Shown here: positions 1-8,382 of the stretch, in pieces
Layout: each line of letters begins with the position of its first letter
How positions within the stretch are numbered: the stretch's first letter is position 1
Assembly (NCBI GenBank): GCA_963851265.1
Contig: CAWKNZ010000002.1
Location: forward strand, 1,152,001-1,216,000
Direction of reading: 5' to 3'
DNA length: 64,000 bases
From: an uncultured Gemmatimonadales bacterium
GTDB taxonomy: Bacteria > Gemmatimonadota > Gemmatimonadetes > Gemmatimonadales > Gemmatimonadaceae
Made by a program: the position numbers and the translations under genes
The notes under the pieces: model-generated
The model's database searches: none
The model's input: the letters and a program-made list of their open reading frames with translations, nothing else
Told to the model about the DNA's origin: nothing

Positions 1-2
1 GC

Positions 3-1142
3 ACCTACGACTACCCGTCCGATAGCGCGCACGCGCCGTACCGCTACGGGCTGCAATCGCGCTGGGGCGGCGTGCTCACCACCCTGCACGCGACGCGCGG
101 ATCGGCCACGCTCGATGTGGGGGCGCACGCGAACGCGTACTCGCGCGACCACACGTTCGCGGACCGACCGGACCTCGACGCGCCAGCGTACGCGAACCGC
201 GGCTACAAGTCGGAACAGAGTGCCTTCGGCAAGGTCTCGTACGCGCTGGGCAACGCCACGCTGTTCGGCGACCTGCAGCTGCGTGAAGCGGCGTTCCGCT
301 ACCGACCGACGGCGGGCAGCACCGTGCCCGACGCGACCGCCGCGTGGCGGTTCGCGAATCCGCGCGTTGGCGCACGCTATCGAGCCGCGCCGGCGCTCAC
401 CGTCTCGGCGAGCTACGGCACATCGGGGCGCGAACCGACGCGCGCGGACCTGCTCGCCGGCGCGGACGACGTCTCGCCGCAGGACGTCGATTCGCTGCTC
501 CCGCTCACGCGCGTCCGCCCGGAACACGTCGGCGATCTGGAGCTGGGCGCCGACGTTCGCACGGGCGGACTCGTCCTGCACGTCGGCGCGTACGACATGC
601 GATTCCGCGACGAGATCGCCCTCACCGGCCGCACCACGCCGCTCGGCTACGACATCCGGACCAACGTCCCGTCGAGCTCGCGGCGCGGCGTCGAGATCGA
701 GGGACAGTACGCGATCACGACGACCCTGTCGGTTGGCGGCTCCCTGGCGCGGAGTCGTAACCTGATCTCGCAATACCGCGACGATGCCACCGGCGACGTC
801 TTCACCGACGTGCCGCCGACGCTCACGCCGGCCGCCCTCAGCACGCAGCAGGTGACGTGGGCACCGGCGCACTGGCTCATCCTCACCGGCGACGGGCGGT
901 ATCAGGGCCGCACGTTCCTCGCACCGTTCGGCGACCCGCGTCTGACGACGCCGCCGTTTTTCGTGCTCGCAGGTGGTGCCACGCTCCGTATCGTGGGTCG
1001 CGAACTGCTCGTGCAGGGGCGCAACCTGCTCGACCGGCGGGCGTACCCGTCGGGCGACGTGAGCGGCGACGGCGTCCCGCGCTACTACATTCTCGCGCCG
1101 CGGAACGTGGTCGTGAGCCTGCGCCTCGGCTTCGGTCAGTAA
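3..1142 (+). CDS. TonB-dependent receptor, C-terminal beta-barrel part (5' end lies before the window); resembles Omr1-like vitamin receptors
   Basis: Frame is open from position 3. Amphipathic beta-strand pattern and TBDR-like motifs FANPRVGARY, GREPTRADL, PEHVGDLELG, RRGVEIEG, GRNLLDRRAY, plus terminal PRNVVVSLRLGF. The substrate class is inferred from recalled motif similarity only. Confidence 0.85.
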   Translation, partial: TYDYPSDSAHAPYRYGLQSRWGGVLTTLHATRGSATLDVGAHANAYSRDHTFADRPDLDAPAYANRGYKSEQSAFGKVSYALGNATLFGDLQLREAAFRYRPTAGSTVPDATAAWRFANPRVGARYRAAPALTVSASYGTSGREPTRADLLAGADDVSPQDVDSLLPLTRVRPEHVGDLELGADVRTGGLVLHVGAYDMRFRDEIALTGRTTPLGYDIRTNVPSSSRRGVEIEGQYAITTTLSVGGSLARSRNLISQYRDDATGDVFTDVPPTLTPAALSTQQVTWAPAHWLILTGDGRYQGRTFLAPFGDPRLTTPPFFVLAGGATLRIVGRELLVQGRNLLDRRAYPSGDVSGDGVPRYYILAPRNVVVSLRLGFGQ

Positions 1143-1744
1143 GACGGAGCGAGCGGGGGGTCGAACATAGTCGCCACGGCCGCGAGCACCGCGTGCACGC
1201 GCGCGTCGCCCAGCCCGCGAATCAGGAGCCAGCGGCAGTCGAGCGAGTCCAGGGTGCGCGCGAATGCGTCGCGCAAGCCCGCGCGTGCGTGCGGTCGGTC
1301 GCGCTGTTCGTCTGCCTCCCATGCGACGTCGACGTCGCAAAGCAGGTAGAGATCTGCGCGCCGCCGTGACGCGGCGTCGACGATCCACGGCGGGCAGGCG
1401 CCGTAGTAGTGTCGCGCGTACACGACGGTGCTCACGAGGTCCGTGTCGCGGACGACCAGCGTGCACCCACGCCCCTCCGCGCGCGCGGCGGCGGCGTCCT
1501 CGCACGCGATCTGCGCGCGGGCAATTGGCTCCACGTCTCGCGCGTCCAGTAGGGCGTCGGGCGGTGCCGCCGGGCCCAGTTCGGCGCGCCGAGCCGCGGC
1601 GTACGCCCGCGCAGCCTCGGGCGACAGCTCGCCGCCGTACGCGCGGGCGAGCGCGACAGCTAGCGTCGATTTCGCGGTGCTCTCCGGTCCGGTGAGCGCG
1701 ACGACACGCCGCCGCGCCGGCCCGACCGCGCTCGCGTCAGTCGT
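1136..1744 (-). CDS. NadR-like (AAA_28) nicotinamide riboside/nucleotide kinase-type ATPase; start codon uncertain
   Basis: The ORF track gives 1136..1534, but the frame extends upstream through VVALTGPESTAKSTLAVALARAYG (Walker A-like) to an in-frame TGA at 1768-1766. Downstream motifs IARAQ, VRDTDLVSTVVY and DLYLLCDVDVAWEADEQRD are typical of NadR C-terminal domains. The best-placed candidate start before Walker A is ACG at 1744. Confidence 0.75.
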   Translation of the reverse strand, partial: TTDASAVGPARRRVVALTGPESTAKSTLAVALARAYGGELSPEAARAYAAARRAELGPAAPPDALLDARDVEPIARAQIACEDAAAARAEGRGCTLVVRDTDLVSTVVYARHYYGACPPWIVDAASRRRADLYLLCDVDVAWEADEQRDRPHARAGLRDAFARTLDSLDCRWLLIRGLGDARVHAVLAAVATMFDPPLAPSY

Positions 1745-2363
1745 CGCGGTTCCGGAGTGCGTAGCTCAGCCCCTCGAGCTCCATCGCCATGTTGACGTTC
1801 TTGAGCGTCACGCCCGCGGGTACCTGCACCTGGGCCGGCGCGAAGTTGAGGATCGCGCTGATGCCCGCGCGCACGATCCGGTCGACCTCCGGCTGCACGT
1901 CGTCGGCCGGGATCGCGAGCACGGCGATGTCCGGGCGGTCGCGTGCCGTGTCCGATTCGAGATCGGCGATCGGGCGGACCACCTGATCGTCCCACCGACT
2001 CCCGATCTTACGCGGATCGTTGTCGTACACCGCGACGACGCGGAACCCGCGTTGCGCGAAGCCGCGGTAGGCGGAAAGCGCGGAGCCGATCTTCCCCGCG
2101 CCCACGATCACCACCTTCCACTCGCGCCCCAGTCCAAGGATGTCCTGGAGCTTGGCCGTCAGCTCGGCGACCGAGTAGCCGAGGCCGCGCGTGCCGAACG
2201 AGCCGAAGAACGAGAGATCCTTTCGCACCTGCGCCGACGTCGTACCGGCGTAGTGCGCGAGATCTTCGCTCGAAGTCGTAGCGCCGCCGCGAGCGGCGTG
2301 CTCTTCGAGGTACCGGAGGTAGACCGAGAGTCGGCGGACGGTCGAGTCGGCGATGTGCTTCAC
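1737..2363 (-). CDS. rex: Redox-sensing transcriptional repressor Rex
   Basis: VKHIADSTVRRLSVYLRYL, SSEDLA, SAQVRKDLSFFGSFGTRGLGY, Rossmann VIVGAGKIGSAL, and AILNFAP. Start set at GTG 2363. Confidence 0.96.
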   Translation of the reverse strand: MKHIADSTVRRLSVYLRYLEEHAARGGATTSSEDLAHYAGTTSAQVRKDLSFFGSFGTRGLGYSVAELTAKLQDILGLGREWKVVIVGAGKIGSALSAYRGFAQRGFRVVAVYDNDPRKIGSRWDDQVVRPIADLESDTARDRPDIAVLAIPADDVQPEVDRIVRAGISAILNFAPAQVQVPAGVTLKNVNMAMELEGLSYALRNRDD

Positions 2364-2412
2364 GAGAGGCTGGCGGTCGAAGCGGCCGCGGTCGCGCGTG
2401 GCCGCGCCGAGC

Positions 2413-2430
2413 TTGTGAAATCCTTCACAA
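2413..2430. promoter_or_regulatory. Rex operator (ROP) TTGTGAA-ATCC-TTCACAA
   Basis: Perfect match to the established Rex consensus TTGTGAA-N4-TTCACAA. It lies 50 bp upstream of rex and overlaps a putative minus-strand -10 (TATCTT, 2434-2429). Confidence 0.92.
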
Positions 2431-2534
2431 GATAGCCCGGATGGCGCGATGCTTCTACCCGCGCGCGTTCGGCGCACCGTTCGACGGCGCGGGCGAGCGC
2501 CGAATCGCGCGCGAACCCGCTTAGCTTGCAGCCG

Positions 2535-3764
2535 ATGTCCGTGTCCGTCGGCTCCGAAATTGGCGCGCTGCGACGCGTGCTCGTGCACACTCCCGGGCCC
2601 GAAGTGCTCGCGGTGACGCCCAGCACGCGGGAAGATTTCCTCTACGACGACATCATCGACCGCGAGAGCGCGCGGCGCGAGCACGAGCAGTTGGCCGCGG
2701 TCCTCGCGCGGTACGCCGAGGTGCACCAGCTCCGCACGCTACTCGGCGAGGTGCTACGCGACGCCGACGTACGCACGGCGTTGCTCCGCGAGGCGCTCCG
2801 CGCGTTGGTCTCCGGTCCGCCCGCGGACGAGCTCTGCGCCCTTCCGCCCGACGCGCTCGCCGACGCGCTCATCACGGGGTACGCCGCCGAACCCGGCCCG
2901 CTCGCGCGCGCCCTCAACGAGCCCACCTACGCGCTTCCGCCGCTTCCCAATCTGTTCTTCACGCGTGACACGGCGATGGTCGTCGGAGGCCACGTCCTGC
3001 TCGGCGCCATGCGCTACGGCGCGCGGTGGTCGGAAGGGCTCATCATGCGGTACGTGTTCGCGCACCATCCGGCGCTGGCCAACCGCGGGCTGCTGTACGA
3101 TGGGTCGGTCGAGCGGCGACACGGCCACACGCTCGAAGGCGGCGACGTGCACGTGCTCACGGACGACACCGTGATGATCGGATTCTCGGAGCGGTCGAGC
3201 CCCGCGGCCATCGACCATCTCTGCGAGCTGCTCTTCGCCGAGGGCGGCGTCGAGCGCGTCATCGTCGTCGTCATGCCGGCCGAACAGACGGCGATCCACC
3301 TCGACATGATCTTCACCCAGGTCGGCCGCGGCACGTGCGTCGTGTACCCGCCGCACTTCGTCGGAGCGAAACGGTTGCCCGTACTGCTCCGGCACCGCGG
3401 CGATGCCACTCTCGCGACGATGCCCGACGTCTTCGCGGCGCTCCGCGCGTGCGGGCTGTCGCTCGACCCCGTGCTGTGTGGCGGGCCCCGGCGCGCGTCG
3501 CAGGACCGTGAGCAGTGGGCGTCCGGCTGCAATTTCGTCGCGGCTCGCCCCGACGTCGTGCTGTCGTACGAGCGGAACGGGGAGACGCTGCGTGCCCTCG
3601 ACGACGCCGGATTCCGCGTCGTCAGCGCAGCGGACGTGATCGCGTCGTCCACCGCGCCGCCGGAGGGCACGCCGACCGTCATCACGATCGCCGGCGGTGA
3701 GCTCGTCCGCGGCGGCGGCGGTCCGCGCTGCATGACGTGCCCGATCGAGCGGGACGCGCTGTGA
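2535..3764 (+). CDS. arcA: Arginine deiminase
   Basis: SEIGALRRVLVHTPGPE, FLYDDI, PLPNLFFTRD, LEGGDV, IHLD, REQW, and ELVRGGGGPRCMTCP with the catalytic Cys. Confidence 0.93.
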   Translation: MSVSVGSEIGALRRVLVHTPGPEVLAVTPSTREDFLYDDIIDRESARREHEQLAAVLARYAEVHQLRTLLGEVLRDADVRTALLREALRALVSGPPADELCALPPDALADALITGYAAEPGPLARALNEPTYALPPLPNLFFTRDTAMVVGGHVLLGAMRYGARWSEGLIMRYVFAHHPALANRGLLYDGSVERRHGHTLEGGDVHVLTDDTVMIGFSERSSPAAIDHLCELLFAEGGVERVIVVVMPAEQTAIHLDMIFTQVGRGTCVVYPPHFVGAKRLPVLLRHRGDATLATMPDVFAALRACGLSLDPVLCGGPRRASQDREQWASGCNFVAARPDVVLSYERNGETLRALDDAGFRVVSAADVIASSTAPPEGTPTVITIAGGELVRGGGGPRCMTCPIERDAL

Positions 3765-4810
3765 CCCGTGGCGTTGGCGTTCGCCCGTCGGACACACTCC
3801 TGATCGAACGGGCGCGCGACCTGCTCCGGGGCGGGCCGGCTTCCTCGACCGAGCTCGTCACGCGTGTCTGTCAGCTGCCGTCGGTAGCGCCGGCCATCGC
3901 CGAACGCCTCGCGGATGAGCTCCTCGGGGCGCACCCGGACTTCGTACGCGGCGCCGACGGGCGCTGGGCGAGCGCTGCGGGTGGCGTACCGGCGGTCCCG
4001 ACCTTCGACGAGTGGCGCGCGGCTCGGGCCGCTGCCCCCGCCGCGGACCGCCGCTCGCCGCGCCCGGCGCGCTCGGCGGCTGGCACGCCGGCGGTGGCCG
4101 CACCCACGCCGGCGTTGCCGGGCGACGACGACGCGCTCGACGCGCTCCCCTACATCGTCGTGGACGTCGAGACGACGGGCGGCAGCCCGGATCACGGGCA
4201 CCGGATCACCGAGATCGCCGCGGTCGTCGTCGAGCGCGGGGAGGTGCGCGACGTGTACGAGACGCTCGTCAACCCCGAGCGCGGCATTCCCCCCGAGATC
4301 ATGCGACTCACGGGGATCTCGTGGGAGATGGTGCGCGACAAGGCGCCGTTCGGCGCGGTCTGTGACGACGTGGTCGGCGCGCTCGAGGGGCGCGTGTTCG
4401 TCGCGCACAACGCCGCGTTCGACTGGCGGTTCGTGACGGCCGAGGTCGCGCGCAGCTCCGGCCGGCAGCTCGACGGCCGGCGACTCTGCACGGTTCGGCT
4501 GGCGCGCAAGCTGCTGCCACAACTGCGAAGCCGGTCGCTCGGGTACGTGGCCGAGTGGTATGGGGCGACGAAGTTCGCCGAGACGTACTTCGAGGCACGT
4601 CACGGGCGCGAGCGCCCGTGGCGTCACAGCGCGGCCGGGGACGCCGTGGCGACCGCGCACTGCCTGCTGCGACTGCTGAGCGACGCGGCCGACCACGGCG
4701 TGACCACATGGGGTGCGCTCGACCGGTGGCTCGCGGGCGGCACCGGCACCGCCCGTCGCCGCCGCCGGAGCGCGATGCCGACCGGAATTCGACGCGACCC
4801 GGAGGCGTGA
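3761..4810 (+). CDS. DEDDh 3'-5' exonuclease (DnaQ/Pol III epsilon-like) with an N-terminal extension
   Basis: ExoI VVDVETTG, ExoII VAHNAAFD, ExoIII HSAAGDA. GTG start overlaps the arcA stop (GTGA). Confidence 0.88.
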   Translation: MTRGVGVRPSDTLLIERARDLLRGGPASSTELVTRVCQLPSVAPAIAERLADELLGAHPDFVRGADGRWASAAGGVPAVPTFDEWRAARAAAPAADRRSPRPARSAAGTPAVAAPTPALPGDDDALDALPYIVVDVETTGGSPDHGHRITEIAAVVVERGEVRDVYETLVNPERGIPPEIMRLTGISWEMVRDKAPFGAVCDDVVGALEGRVFVAHNAAFDWRFVTAEVARSSGRQLDGRRLCTVRLARKLLPQLRSRSLGYVAEWYGATKFAETYFEARHGRERPWRHSAAGDAVATAHCLLRLLSDAADHGVTTWGALDRWLAGGTGTARRRRRSAMPTGIRRDPEA

Positions 4811-4814
4811 CGGT

Positions 4815-5717
4815 GTGACGACGAATCCCACCTTTCCTCCCGCCAGCACCCGCGTCCAGACGCGCCGCGTCGGGCGGCTCACGGTGCACGCTATCCACGC
4901 CGGCGTGCAGCAGCTCGACGGCGGCGCGATGTTCGGGGTGGTGCCGAGGCCGCTCTGGGAACGCAAAGTTCCGCCCGACGCACGCAACCGCATTCCACTC
5001 GCGATGCGCTGTCTCCTCGTCGAGCACGACGACGGGCTCGTGCTCGTCGACGCGGGCATCGGCAACAAGGACGACGCCAGGTTTCGCGAGATCTACGGCG
5101 TCGCGAACGCCGGTGCGGGCGGCCGGACCTGGCTCGAGGATGGCCTGCGAGCGTTAGGGCACGCGCCGGAGGACGTACGACTCGTCATCAACACGCACCT
5201 GCACTTCGACCACGCGGGCGGGAACACGTACCGTGACGAGGACGGGACCGTGCGCCTCGCGTTTCCCAACGCGCGCTACGTCGTGCAACGCGGCGAGTAC
5301 GTCTATGCGACGCATCCGAACGAACGGACCGCGGCGAGCTATCTGACGCCGAACGTCGCGCCGGTCGAAGCGGCCGGGCGCTTCGACCTGATCGAGGGCG
5401 AGGTCGTGATCGTGCCCGGCATCCGCGCGCTCCCCACGCCCGGTCACGTTCCCCACCATCAGAGCGTGCTGGTCGAGAGCGAGGGCGAGGTCGCGTGCTT
5501 CCTCGGCGACGTGGTGCCCACGTCGGCACACCTGCCGCTACCCTGGATCATGGGCTACGACGTCGAGCCGCTCGTGACGCTCGAAAGCAAGCGCTGGCTG
5601 CTCGCGCGCGCCGCGGCCGACGATTGGGCCGTGGTGTTCGAGCACGATCCCGTGGTGGCGTGGGGTCGCGTGGTACACGACGGCCGGCAATACGCGCTGC
5701 GTGACGCCGCGGGCTGA
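4815..5717 (+). CDS. MBL-fold metallo-hydrolase (YtnP/AHL-lactonase-like)
   Basis: LDGGAMFGVVPRPLW, THLHFDHAGG metal motif, TPGH, GDVVPT, WIMGYD, FEHDP. Confidence 0.9.
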   Translation: MTTNPTFPPASTRVQTRRVGRLTVHAIHAGVQQLDGGAMFGVVPRPLWERKVPPDARNRIPLAMRCLLVEHDDGLVLVDAGIGNKDDARFREIYGVANAGAGGRTWLEDGLRALGHAPEDVRLVINTHLHFDHAGGNTYRDEDGTVRLAFPNARYVVQRGEYVYATHPNERTAASYLTPNVAPVEAAGRFDLIEGEVVIVPGIRALPTPGHVPHHQSVLVESEGEVACFLGDVVPTSAHLPLPWIMGYDVEPLVTLESKRWLLARAAADDWAVVFEHDPVVAWGRVVHDGRQYALRDAAG

Positions 5718-5742
5718 GCATCGGTCGTGACGCGGATAGGCC

Positions 5743-5771
5743 TTGACCGGCTCGGCGCGCTCGGCTAACCT
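5743..5771 (+). promoter_or_regulatory. Putative sigma70 promoter for the infC-rpmI-rplT operon
   Basis: TTGACC (5743-5748), 17-bp spacer, TAACCT (5766-5771). Confidence 0.65.
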
Positions 5772-6003
5772 CTTGGGTCACAATGCGCGAAGTGGGGCGA
5801 CGCGCGCGCTCGTGCGTCTGCCCCCACCCTCCGGCCCCGCGGCGATTCCGATCGCGGGTGTGCTGTAGGAGTTCTGGCGACTGCCACGCGTTCTGCCCGT
5901 GCCGTCCTGAAGCGAATGCGACGGGGCGCGTCGTGGCAGGGCGCGTGCGCTCCGCGACGCAACGCGGCCCGTACGAATTCGTGCGGGCCGCGTGCATCGA
6001 CGA

Positions 6004-6046
6004 GGCGCGAGCTCCGGGGGTCCGGAGCTCGCGCCGTTTGCGTTTT
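6004..6046 (+). terminator. Intrinsic terminator/attenuator-like hairpin in the infC leader
   Basis: Perfect 14-bp stem GGCGCGAGCTCCGG/CCGGAGCTCGCGCC with a 4-nt loop, followed by GTTTGCGTTTT. Confidence 0.55.
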
Positions 6047-6067
6047 CCCCCTCGAGGAGCACGGCGT

Positions 6068-6583
6068 ATCCAGGACACGACGAAGCGCGTCCGCGTCAAC
6101 CGGCAGATTCGCATCAGCCCGATCCGCGTGATCGCGGCCGACGGCAGCCAGCTCGGGATTTTGGAGGTCGAAGCCGCCCTCCGCATCGCCGAAGAACAGA
6201 GCCTTGACCTGGTCGAGGTGGCACCGCTGGCTCGTCCGCCCGTGGCCCGCATCATGGACTACGGGAAGTTCAAGTTCGAGCAGGCGAAGCAGGCGCGCAC
6301 GGCCAAGAAGAAGCAGCACGTCATCCAGCTCAAGGAAGTCAAATTCCGGCCGGGGATCGACGAGCACGACTTCGAGACCAAGACGCGTCACGCCCGCCGC
6401 TTCCTCGAGGAAGGCAACAAGGTCAAGGTCACCCTCATGTTCCGTGGCCGCCAGATCACGCACCCCGAACTCGGGCGCGCGGTGGTCACCCGCGTCGCGC
6501 AGGAGCTCGCCGACCTCGCGAAGGTCGAGAGCGACGCCCGCCTCGAGGGCAAGGCGATGACCATGATCCTCACCCCGAAATAA
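6068..6583 (+). CDS. infC: Translation initiation factor IF-3 (non-canonical ATC start)
   Basis: [76 protein letters not shown] (6054-6059) lies 8 nt before in-frame ATC 6068. Confidence 0.95.
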   Translation: MQDTTKRVRVNRQIRISPIRVIAADGSQLGILEVEAALRIAEEQSLDLVEVAPLARPPVARIMDYGKFKFEQAKQARTAKKKQHVIQLKEVKFRPGIDEHDFETKTRHARRFLEEGNKVKVTLMFRGRQITHPELGRAVVTRVAQELADLAKVESDARLEGKAMTMILTPK

Positions 6584-6602
6584 TCAAGGAGCCGGCGTAG
6601 CC

Positions 6603-6803
6603 ATGCCGAAGATGAAGTCGCACCGCGGCGCGAAGAAGCGCTTCTCGGTCACCGGGACCGGGAAGGTGAAGCGCGCGAAGGCCTACAAGAGCCACATCCT
6701 CACCAAGAAGTCGCCCAAGCGGAAGCGCAACCTGCGCCGCAACACGACCGTGGGCACCAACGGCGAGGCGAAGGTGCTCAAGCGCCTGCTGCTCGCCTCC
6801 TAA
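6603..6803 (+). CDS. rpmI: 50S ribosomal protein L35
   Basis: [14 protein letters not shown]...[15 protein letters not shown]; position between infC and rplT. Confidence 0.97.
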   Translation: MPKMKSHRGAKKRFSVTGTGKVKRAKAYKSHILTKKSPKRKRNLRRNTTVGTNGEAKVLKRLLLAS

Positions 6804-6840
6804 CGCCACCGTCGCGACGCGAATCACAGGAGCCTAGACG

Positions 6841-7248
6841 ATGCCACGCGCAGTCTCGAACGTCCCGCGCCTCAAGCGCAAGAAGCAGATCATGGAGGCC
6901 GCGAAGGGCGCGTACGGTGCGCGCTCCAAGCTCTGGCGGCCGGCCAAGGAAACCGTCGAGCGCGGCTGGCGCTATGCCTACCGCGACCGCAAGAACAAGA
7001 AGCGCGACTTCCGCCGCCTCTGGATCGTGCGCATCAACGCCGCCGCACACCAGCACGGCATGAGCTACTCGGTGTTCATCAACGGGCTCAAGGCCGCCGG
7101 CCTCGAGATCGACCGGAAGATCCTCGCCGACGTCGCCGTCCGCGATCCCCAGGCGTTCGGCGTGATCGCCGACCAGGTCCGTGCGGCCATCGAGCGCGGC
7201 GATCGCGAGGGGCACGCCGCGAACACGATCCAGGCGTCGGCCGCGTAG
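6841..7248 (+). CDS. rplT: 50S ribosomal protein L20
   Basis: [43 protein letters not shown]. Confidence 0.97.
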   Translation: MPRAVSNVPRLKRKKQIMEAAKGAYGARSKLWRPAKETVERGWRYAYRDRKNKKRDFRRLWIVRINAAAHQHGMSYSVFINGLKAAGLEIDRKILADVAVRDPQAFGVIADQVRAAIERGDREGHAANTIQASAA

Positions 7249-7350
7249 GCCGCGCTCCCGTTCCGTTGATCCGCCGCGGCGGCGGTGCGACCTTGCGAAC
7301 TTCCGCGAGGCGCACCGCCGCCGCGCGGCGTTTCCAGCTCCTGCCCCGAC

Positions 7351-8382
7351 GTGACCCTCTCCGACTACCTCGCCCGCGGTGACGCGCTGCTCGCCGACGC
7401 CCGGGCGCTGCTCGACGCCCTCGACCCGGCGACCCGCGTCGACGACGCCAAGGGTCGCCTGAACGCGCTCAAGGACGCGCGACTCGCCGAACTTCAGGGC
7501 GCGCTCCGCACGCTCGCACCCGACGAGCGCCGCGCGGCAGGACAGGCGTTCAACTCGCTCAAGACCGGCATCGCCGACGCGCTCGCCGCCTTCGAGGCGC
7601 GACTCGCCGCGGCCGCGCGCCCGCAGGATGCAGTCGACCTCACGATGCCCGCGCGTGGCACGTGGGTCGGCGCCGTCCACCCGGTCACGGCAGTCATCGA
7701 CGAAATCTGCGGCATCTTCCGCGAGCTCGGCTTCACCGTCGCGAGCGGCCCCGAGGCGGAGCACGCCTGGTACAACTTCGGCGCGCTCAACTTCCCGCCC
7801 GACCACCCGGCGATGGACATGCATGACACGCTGTACCTCGCCGGCACGCCCGACGCGGTGCTGCGCACGCACACGTCGCCCGTGCAGGTGCGCACCCTCC
7901 AGCGCTTCCGCCCGCCGGTGCGCGTGCTCATTCCGGGCAACGTCTTCCGCCGCGACTTCTTCGACGCGACGCACGCCCCGGCGTTCGCGCAGCTCGAAGG
8001 ACTCGCCGTCGACGAGGGCATCTCGTTCGTCGACCTCAAGGCGACGTTGATGACGTTCGCCCGGCGCTTCTACGGTTCGTCGCGGCGCGTCCGCTTCGGC
8101 CCGTCGTACTTCCCGTTCACGGAGCCCTCCGCACAGATGGACGTCGAGGTCGACCTGGGCGACGGCCGCGGCGCGCGCTGGGTCGAGATCCTCGGCTGCG
8201 GCATGGTCCACCCCGCGGTGCTCGAAGCGGCCGGCGTCGACAGCGAGCGGTACACCGGCTTCGCGTGGGGCATGGGACCGGCCCGCATCGCGATGAGCCG
8301 TCACGACATCCCCGACATCCGCCACCTCTACGATTCCGACGTGCGATTCCTCGCACAGTTCGCCGCGGGTGCAACGTCGTGA
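7351..8382 (+). CDS. pheS: Phenylalanine-tRNA ligase alpha subunit
   Basis: NFGALNFPPDHPAMDMHDTLY, LRTHTSPVQ, FAQLEGL, YFPFTEPSA, WVEILGCGMVHP. Start placed at GTG 7351 (approximate). Confidence 0.96.
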   Translation: MTLSDYLARGDALLADARALLDALDPATRVDDAKGRLNALKDARLAELQGALRTLAPDERRAAGQAFNSLKTGIADALAAFEARLAAAARPQDAVDLTMPARGTWVGAVHPVTAVIDEICGIFRELGFTVASGPEAEHAWYNFGALNFPPDHPAMDMHDTLYLAGTPDAVLRTHTSPVQVRTLQRFRPPVRVLIPGNVFRRDFFDATHAPAFAQLEGLAVDEGISFVDLKATLMTFARRFYGSSRRVRFGPSYFPFTEPSAQMDVEVDLGDGRGARWVEILGCGMVHPAVLEAAGVDSERYTGFAWGMGPARIAMSRHDIPDIRHLYDSDVRFLAQFAAGATS

